This document shows, in pieces, positions 11,044 through 17,453 of a stretch of DNA of 17,453 bases. Made by a program: the position numbers and the translations under genes. The notes under the pieces are model-generated. The model had not been told where the DNA came from, searched no databases, and saw only the letters and a program-made list of their open reading frames with translations. This DNA comes from Octopus sinensis (taxonomy: Eukaryota), in NCBI RefSeq assembly GCF_006345805.1, contig NW_021832078.1, forward strand, positions 1-17,453, written 5' to 3'. Positions within the stretch are counted from its first letter, which is position 1, and each line of letters starts with the position of its first letter.

Positions 11044-12346
11044 AGCTTACGACATGTCGTATTCATGGATTTTGGAAACACATGTGTGGAATAGTTGAGA
11101 AAGTGTGTGAACCAATAAAGAACAGCAAGCCTAGTTGGAAAACACTTCTTTTCTGTAACAACTAGCATTTAGCTGAGATAACAATCAAAAAGAGATATCT
11201 TCTAGGGAGACTCTTGTTCACCTTTATTATTTGCTATAGCCTTGATCCCACTTTCTGTAGTCCTGCGTAAAGTTAACGTGCTCTATGAACTGAGAAAGAA
11301 TGGACCTCGTCTCGATCACCTTCTCTTCGTGGATGATTTAAGACCGTTTGCAAAAACAGAGCCTGGTGGAAAAGAGCAGATGTTAGGGCCATAGAATTGC
11401 CAAACGGAGAGAGAATGGAAGACCTGGATAATGATGGGTAGGGTACAAGTAGCTTGGGATCCTGGAGCTGGACAATATCTTGCACAGAGAAATGAAAGAC
11501 AAGGTCATCGTTGCATATTTGAAGCGCCTCAAACTTCTCTTGAAATCGAAGCTCGAATCAAGGAATCTTGTAACTGCCGTCAACATATGGGCTGTTGCTG
11601 TAGTCCGCTATAGTGCACCCATCTTGAAATGAACACAAGCGGAGATTGACCAACTCGATCGCACTACCCGGAAGACAATGACAATGTATGGCACCCTCCA
11701 CCGTAAGACGAACGTATACAGGTTCTATATGAAGGGTGGACGTGGGCTGATTAGCGTAAGGGAGTGCATCAACAGTGAAAGAAGAAACATGGCAAAATAG
11801 ACCTGTTAAATATGCTTCTAATGCAGAAGGATTTACTCAAAATTGATTTGAGAGTGCTCATGAATTCCGATCACGAATAGCCAACGAGAGAGAAGAAACC
11901 CTACCCCGCATGGAATTACATGGTCAGTTCCACCGTGAAACTAACAATTTATAAGATCAGGAAGCATCATGGAGCTGGCTCAGCAAAGGTGACCTCAGAA
12001 AGAAGACTGAAAGTCTGCTCATACCTACGCAAGATCAGGCATTGAATACCAACTCAGTGAAAAAGGATATATACCACACAAGTGCAACGAACCTCTGCAG
12101 AATGTGTGGAAGAGGATCGGAAGCGTGACTCATTGTTATTGCTTGTGAAAGTCTTGTGTAGAAAGAGTACAAGCACAGACACGACAAGATAGCCCCCAAA
12201 CCTCCACTGGCTACTATGTTGGAAGTATGGGTACGAGGTAACAAGTGCTTGGTCTCAACATACACCGGAAAAAGGTAATGGATGAAAATGTTACAGCAAA
12301 AATCCTCTGGGACTTTGACTTCCAGACAGGCAAGGTGTTAGAGCAC
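11042..12346 (+). mobile_element. Decayed RLE-type non-LTR retrotransposon (R4/Dong-like), copy 2, a different lineage, truncated at both ends
   Basis: RT motifs KAYD (11042-11053), *GDSCSPLLF (11203 onward, from QGDSLSPLLF) and LLFVDDL (DD at 11332-11337). Then YLKRLKLLLKSKL, GGRGL (11735-11749), TQDQALNTN, a frameshifted CRMC...H...C knuckle (12096-12146) and ILWDFDFQTGKVLEH (12302-12346). Multiple stops and frameshifts. Confidence 0.88.
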
Positions 12347-12566
12347 TCCACAGACACGCGAACCTTTGTAGTTTTCTGGGCGATTCAGCGTGACACAGAA
12401 CATGACAAGGCTGGCCCCTTTGAATACAGGCACTACTCATTTTTACCAGCTGAGCAACATGAAAAATTAAGTGCCTTGCTCAAGGACACAATGCGTCGCC
12501 GGTAACTGAACTCATGACCTTACGATCGTAGGCCCAATACTCCTAACCACTAAGCTACGCACCTTC
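12341..12566 (-). mobile_element. tRNA-derived SINE, family A, 3'-truncated copy
   Basis: The reverse complement reads gaaggtgcgtagcttagtggttaggagtattgggcctacgatcgtaaggtcatgagttcagttaccggcgacgcattgtgtccttgagcaaggcac..., collinear with 9290-9400. Confidence 0.88.
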
Positions 12567-12841
12567 ATGATCTATATGTATACAAAAGTATGCACCAAGA
12601 GCCGATTTGAGGAGATTTGTAAGGCTAATAACGCAGTATTATTCGATAATCTTTTATACAGATACAGATACTGTATCATCATTGACAACTGACAAATTAC
12701 TTCGCCCGAAAGATATCTAATTACAAATATGACACAACAATCACTTAACGCTATGGTTGTCGCATCACAGACCTGATGCTACAGTTTGCCCATCGCTGCA
12801 GACGTCACATCACAGACAAAGTCAATTTACAGAAACGAAAT

Positions 12842-12990
12842 AAGGTGGTGTGCTGGCAGAATCGTTAGCGTATCGAGTAAAATGCTTCGCAGTATTTCAT
12901 CTGCCTTTGTGTTCTGATTTCAAATTCCGCCAAGATCGACTTTGTCTTTTATCCTTTCGGGGGTCGATAAAATAAATACCAGTTTAAGTA
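12842..12990 (+). mobile_element. tRNA-derived SINE, family B, 3'-truncated copy
   Basis: A-box-like TGGCAGAATCG, B-box-like GATTTCAAATTCC, then cctttcgggggtcgataaaataaataccagt. It aligns with the reverse complements of the copies at 14222-14682. Confidence 0.85.
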
Positions 12991-13034
12991 TCTTTCTGTT
13001 CAGTGAAAATTTTAAAATTTGGTGTATTGATGTA

Positions 13035-13574
13035 TTGGGTTGTCCGGAAAGTTCGTGCCGATTTATAGTAGCTTACCTTTCGACTTATTTTAGAACATGG
13101 TTGAATCCATAAAATAGGATTTGACTACACCTCCATTTAGAGCACAGTTTAAGCTATCTTTTCGTGGAAGAAGATTTATATTCCTATAACCTGTGTTAAT
13201 TCTGTAACCCTTTAAAATGGAAGATAAGAAAGTTCATATTCGGCACTTGATGCTTTGGGAACCAGACAAAAATTGCTGCAGCTCGGCTGGGATGTGTTAC
13301 CCCACCCTCCATATTCACCAGATATTGCTCCTTTGGATTTCCACTTATTCAGGTCTCTGCAGAATAGTCTTAATGGTAAAAATTTCAATTCCTTGGATGA
13401 CGTAAAAAGATACCTTGATGAATTCTTTGCCATGAAACCATCTCAATTCTGGGAAGATGGAGACGCATTGTGCAACAAAATGGTTCATATTTGGTTGATT
13501 GAAAATGTGATGGCAATTATTTATTGACCTTTTTTTTCCTTTAAAAATCGGCACGAACTTTCCGGACAACCCAA
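13035..13574 (+). mobile_element. Non-autonomous, internally deleted mariner element (540 bp)
   Basis: 30/30 identical terminal inverted repeats TTGGGTTGTCCGGAAAGTTCGTGCCGATTT (13035-13064 and 13545-13574), flanked by TA at 13033-13034 and 13575-13576, with transposase remnants inside. Confidence 0.96.
13217..13502 (+). pseudogene. Mariner transposase remnant: N-terminus fused to C-terminal fragments
   Basis: MEDKKVHIRHLMLWE from 13217, then in another frame TRQKLLQLGWDVLPHPPYSPDIAPLDFHLFRSLQNSL (YSPDIAPLD at 13312-13338, the mariner YSPDLAP motif), then RWRRIVQQNGSYLVD* ending at 13502. The WVPHEL motif and the first two catalytic Asp regions are absent. Confidence 0.92.
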
Positions 13575-14221
13575 TAATTTACCACACTGAATCTCGGGAG
13601 GTGATTCACTTTTTCCAGATTTTTTAAATAAAAGTTACAGAGGTTCAAAGTTTGATAATTTTTTTTACTTAGTCAGAAAACAGGATTTGGAAGCTGTCGT
13701 TTTTTGCATGACTGCATGTGTTGTCAACTGTAAACAAAACAGATATTGGAATTCTGCTTTATGCACGCCATATAATCCCTCATTACAATTTTCAGAAATT
13801 TTTTTGCGAATTTGTTTTCTGCACATGAGAATTCATATGGTTATGGAAAAGCAAAATCTTCGTGCATCATTAAGGCTGAATTAGCTGTTATTTTTAGCAG
13901 ATCTTATACCACGTGTTTTAAGCATTTAAGAAACGACAGAAAGAACATGTAGTAAGCTGCTTGGCAAAAAGCTTGGCTTGTTACTATGAAAACCGGCACC
14001 TGTATGTCTGTGGCTTTCGATTGTGTAAAATGACCCTAAATTTGCATACTTTAAGAACCATTAAATCTTTATTTATTTATTTATGGTGAAAATGTATTTC
14101 ATGTCAATGATAGCTTTACATAACTACACAAAGGCACCAAATACGAAATCGGTTAGAACAAAAATTGAAGATATTGAAAAGTGGCCCTGAGATGAAATTT
14201 GAAAACATGTAGTGATATTCT

Positions 14222-14416
14222 TTTCTTTTCTAAGCACAAGGGCCGAAATTTTGGGGGAGGGGGAGTCCAGTCGATTAGATCGTCGATTAGATCGACCCCA
14301 GTATGCAACTGGTACTTAATTTATCGACCCCGAAAGGATGAAAGGCATAGTCGACCTCAGAATGCATAGAGAGATGAAGATAGTCAACCTCTGAATGTAA
14401 AGACAGACGAAATACC
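14222..14416 (-). mobile_element. Family B SINE, 3' portion, with internal rearrangements
   Basis: gtcgattagatcgaccccagtatgcaactggtacttaatttatcgaccccgaaaggatgaaaggc is the reverse complement of the family B body at 12930-12985. Confidence 0.85.
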
Positions 14417-14624
14417 TATTTCTTTACTACCCACAAGGGGCTAAACACAGAGAGGACAAACGGATTATATCGACCCCGGTGCATAACTGGTACTTATTTA
14501 ATCGAGCCCAAAAGGATGAAAAGCAAAGTCAACCTCGGCGGAATTTGAACTCAGAATGTAACGGCAGATGAAATATGGCTACGCATTTCTCCCGGAGTGC
14601 AAACGGTTCTGCCAGCTGACTGCC
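14417..14624 (-). mobile_element. Family B SINE, near full length, with a different 3' tail
   Basis: tcgaccccggtgcataactggtacttatttaatcgag...ggcggaatttgaactcagaatg...ttctgccagctg. The tail ctacccacaaggggctaaacacag differs from the tail of the adjacent copy. Confidence 0.87.
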
Positions 14625-14630
14625 ATTAAT

Positions 14631-14682
14631 GCCATTAAGTATTTCACCTGATGTGCTAAGGTTTCTGTCAGCTTGCCACCTT
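14631..14682 (-). mobile_element. Family B SINE head fragment, older and CpG-decayed
   Basis: ttaagtatttcacctgatgtgctaaggtttctgtcagcttgccacctt parallels 14577-14624 and the reverse complement of 12842-12895. Confidence 0.7.
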
Positions 14683-14870
14683 GAAAACGTTGCGTTGTAA
14701 TATTAATACAACACCAAGTTATCAGACACTGATGGTTTAAACCTTTTATAGTTTGCACTAATTTATGAGAAGAAACTTCAAATTAACACAGCCACCAGAT
14801 TAGTTTGCTGGTACCTTCCACAGTACATTAACTAATAAACTTGTATCATTTATACTAATGTGCATGTATA

Positions 14871-14982
14871 GGCGTAGGAGTGGCTGTGTGGTAAGTAGCT
14901 TGCTTACAAACCACATGGTTCTAGGCTCAGTCCTCAGGCCGACCAAAGCCTTGGTCGGAAACTCAAAGAAGCCCATCGTATG

Positions 14983-15023
<41 letters not shown>

Positions 15024-15242
15024 GTGTGTGTATATGTTTGTGTGTCTGTGTTTGTCCCCCAACATTGCTTGACAACCGATGGTGATGTGTTTACATACCC
15101 GTAACTTAGCGGTTCGGCAAAAGAGACCGATAGAATAAGTACTAGGCATCAAAAGAATAAGTCCCGGGGTCAATCTGCTCAACTAAAGGTGGTGCTCTAG
15201 CATGGCCACAGTCAAATGACTGAAACAAAAGAGTAAAGAGTA
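14871..15242 (+). mobile_element. tRNA-derived SINE, family C, with an internal (TA)n(TG)n microsatellite and two deletions
   Basis: Collinear with the reverse complement of 17057-17453: gtggctgtgtggtaagtagcttgct ... gaagccc [microsatellite] tttgtcccc ... ttagcggttcggcaaaagaga ... gtcaaatgactgaaaca. Confidence 0.9.
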
Positions 15243-15323
15243 CCTTATTTCATTAAAGTAAATTTAATATTTGTTTAATTAAGAATATTTCAACTCAGGT
15301 GACCATCCCTGGTTAAGAAAAAT

Positions 15324-15712
15324 ATGGTAAGAAGCTTCCCAACCAAATGGTCCTAAGTTCAGTCCTACTGCATGGCATCTTGGACAGGTGTTTTCTACTA
15401 TAGCCTTGGGCTGACCAATGCCTTGTAAGTGGATTTGGTTGATGGAAACTGAAAGAAGCCCATTGTATATATATATATGTATAGATAGATATCTGTGTGT
15501 GTATGTCTGTTTTTGTCCCCCACCACCATCACTTGACAGCTGGTGTTGGTATGCTTACATCCCTGTAACTTAGCAGTTCAGCAAAAGAAACTGATAAAAT
15601 AAATACCAGGCTTAAAAAGTAAGTACTGGGGTTGATTCGTTTGACTAAAAATTTCAAGGCGGTGCCCCAGCATGGTCGCAGTCTAATGAGCGAAGCCTGT
15701 AAAAGATAAAAG
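15324..15712 (+). mobile_element. Family C SINE, older or diverged subfamily copy
   Basis: Same module order as the other family C copies (agttcagtcc, gtggatttggt, ggaaactgaaagaagccc, microsatellite, tttgtcccc, ccagcatgg), with heavy CpG loss. Confidence 0.87.
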
Positions 15713-15929
15713 TCCAAAGAGTCTTTTGGAATCAAAGATTCTACAAGATTGTTGTACCTGAAGTTAAAATAGATAAGTAAATAAATATATACATAAATAA
15801 ATAAATACAAAACAAACAATTATAGATTTAGTTAATACGAAATTTATTTTCTTTTTATATAGAAATTTTCATAGAGAGTTGGAGAAGAATGTGAAAATAT
15901 ATAAACATTATCTTTGATAGTGTGATAAA

Positions 15930-15951
15930 CATACATATGTATGTATGTGTG

Positions 15952-15997
<46 letters not shown>

Positions 15998-16055
15998 CAT
16001 ATGTATATATATATATACATATATATGTATTCAGATGTGTGTATGTGGTGTGTAT
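15930..16055. repeat. (TA)n/(TG)n microsatellite
   Basis: Read directly from the sequence. Confidence 0.92.
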
Positions 16056-16211
16056 AATAAATGTTTAACATTTCATTATGGTTGGTGAGACAAAATAATT
16101 TAAAAAAACAACAAACAAACAAGAAAATCTATTTTTTTAATTAGTAAATTTTCTTAATTATTTTCCTTTCTGTGTTAGTACACAATGTTTCCAGTCATTT
16201 AGTCAAACAAC

Positions 16212-16419
16212 TATACACTCACACACACACACACATATGTGTGCACTCATACACATATATATGTGTATATATACATATGCATATGTAAGTCTGTCATGGT
16301 TTGGGTACATGTATATACATATGTATGCGTGCTTCTGTGCTTGAGTATATGATATATATATACATATATATATTCATACATACATGTTTATATATACACA
16401 CACATGTAGGCTTCTGTAT

Positions 16420-16466
<47 letters not shown>

Positions 16467-16510
16467 TACATATTCACTTGCACATATATGTGTACCTATG
16501 TATGCATGTA

Positions 16511-16551
<41 letters not shown>

Positions 16552-16553
16552 GA

Positions 16554-16588
<35 letters not shown>

Positions 16589-16716
16589 TAGACACACATG
16601 AGTGTGTATGTGTATATATATAATCTTAATTATGCGTTTTGGAATGTGTGCATGTAATATATATATATATATATTATTATATATATATATATATATATAT
16701 AACAATATATACATAC
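16212..16716. repeat. Compound (CA)n/(TA)n/(TG)n microsatellite field, about 500 bp
   Basis: Read directly; it is the source of the YIYI/HTHT ORFs in the track. Confidence 0.93.
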
Positions 16717-17027
16717 ATGGCCAAATGTTAAGAACTTTGTTTAGTAACAGTGAGATTTCAGGTTCAATCCCACAGCACGTTATCTTGAGTATGTCCTTTA
16801 CCATAGCCCCATGTCGATCCAAGTGTTGCGAATGAGATTCTGTAGATGGAAATTGTGCAGAAGCCCTTTGGCCACACTGCACCTGTTCTTTAAAGTTCCA
16901 GCAGTGTCATACACTGTGTCTTGTTGACTCCACTTGAAGATTGTGTCAATGGTACAAGTGGCTGTGGAATACTCAACCATCGAAATTTAGATTCAATGAG
17001 TATGCAGTTCTCTTGATCAAACAACTG
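16717..17027 (+). mobile_element. Old SINE with a family C-like head and a family A-like body
   Basis: 16717-16866 aligns with the family C head (ggttcaatcccacagc ... gtagatggaaattgtgcagaagccc). 16882-16974 aligns with the reverse complement of 12341-12430, and 17004-17027 resembles 9404-9426. Confidence 0.7.
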
Positions 17028-17056
17028 ATGGTTGAGCATTTACTTTATGTACATAT

Positions 17057-17453
17057 ACTCTTTTACTTGTTTCAGTCATTTGACTGTGGCCATGCTGGAG
17101 CACTGCCTTTAGTCGAGCAAATCGACCCCGGGACTTATTCTTTGTAAGCCCAGTACTTATTCTATCAGTTCTCTTTTGCCGAACCGCTAACTGACGGGGA
17201 CGTAAACACACCAGCTTCGGTTGTCAAGCAATGCTAGGGGGACAAACACAGACACACAAACACATACACACACACACACATATACATATATATATATACG
17301 ACGGGCTTCTTTCAGTTTCCGTCTACCAAATCCACTCACAAGGCATTGGTCGGCCCGGGGCTATAGCAGAAGACACTTGCCCAAGATGCCACGCAGTGGG
17401 ACTGAACCCGGAACCATGTGGTTGTTAGCAAGCTACTTACCACACAGCCACAC
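17057..17453 (-). mobile_element. Family C SINE, young near-complete copy running to the window edge
   Basis: The reverse complement gives gtggctgtgtggtaagtagc, B-box-like GGGTTCAGTCCC, an internal (TA)(TG) tract, and the tail gactgaaacaagtaaaagagt. Most CpGs are retained. Confidence 0.92.

Noticed and set aside
13217-13527. SETMAR or another domesticated transposase gene
   Set aside because: There is no SET domain, most of the transposase is deleted, the pieces are out of frame, and intact TIRs with a TA duplication indicate an ordinary insertion.
12991-14195. Older DNA transposon hosting the mariner, with subterminal inverted repeats
   Set aside because: I found only an 8-bp exact inverted match (ATTTGGTG 13017-13024, CACCAAAT 14135-14142) in AT-rich DNA, with no terminal repeat or target duplication.
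12570-14870. Host-gene exons in the unique gaps (12570-12840, 13580-14220, 14690-14870), including ORF 13687..13884
   Set aside because: Candidate AG/GT-bounded segments hit stops or give no recognisable protein; I cannot exclude a small exon without transcript data.
16798-16980. Minus-strand ORF MVEYSTATCTIDTIFKWSQQDTVYDTAG as a possible exon
   Set aside because: The DNA aligns with the family A SINE body and the family C head.
14800-17428. YIYI, HTHT and CVCV-containing ORFs
   Set aside because: They are translations of dinucleotide microsatellites and family C SINEs.

Overview
Animal genomic DNA. The SINE families look like Octopus repeats to me (recognised from memory, not searched). 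I find no intact host gene. Bases 1-8007 are a GAT-rich 30-bp minisatellite (consensus GGTGGCGAAGATGATGATGATGGTGATGAT, roughly 265 units, open at the left edge). It has higher-order duplications and alternating clean and indel-rich blocks, and it explains every low-complexity ORF in the track there. From 8.6 to 12.35 kb, (AAT)n-type microsatellites alternate with an unclassified repeat and two decayed R4/Dong-like non-LTR retrotransposons with RT, CCHC and restriction-like endonuclease motifs. From 12.3 to 17.45 kb there are tRNA-derived SINEs of three families (labelled A, B, C here), a 540-bp internally deleted mariner with perfect 30-bp TIRs and a TA duplication, and TA/CA microsatellites. 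The best leads are whether the array encodes a giant (GGEDDDDGDD)n acidic protein (evidence is mixed), the apparent (TAA)n-targeted stacking of retrotransposons, and a mosaic SINE. I cannot support a claim of a new biological system from this sequence alone.
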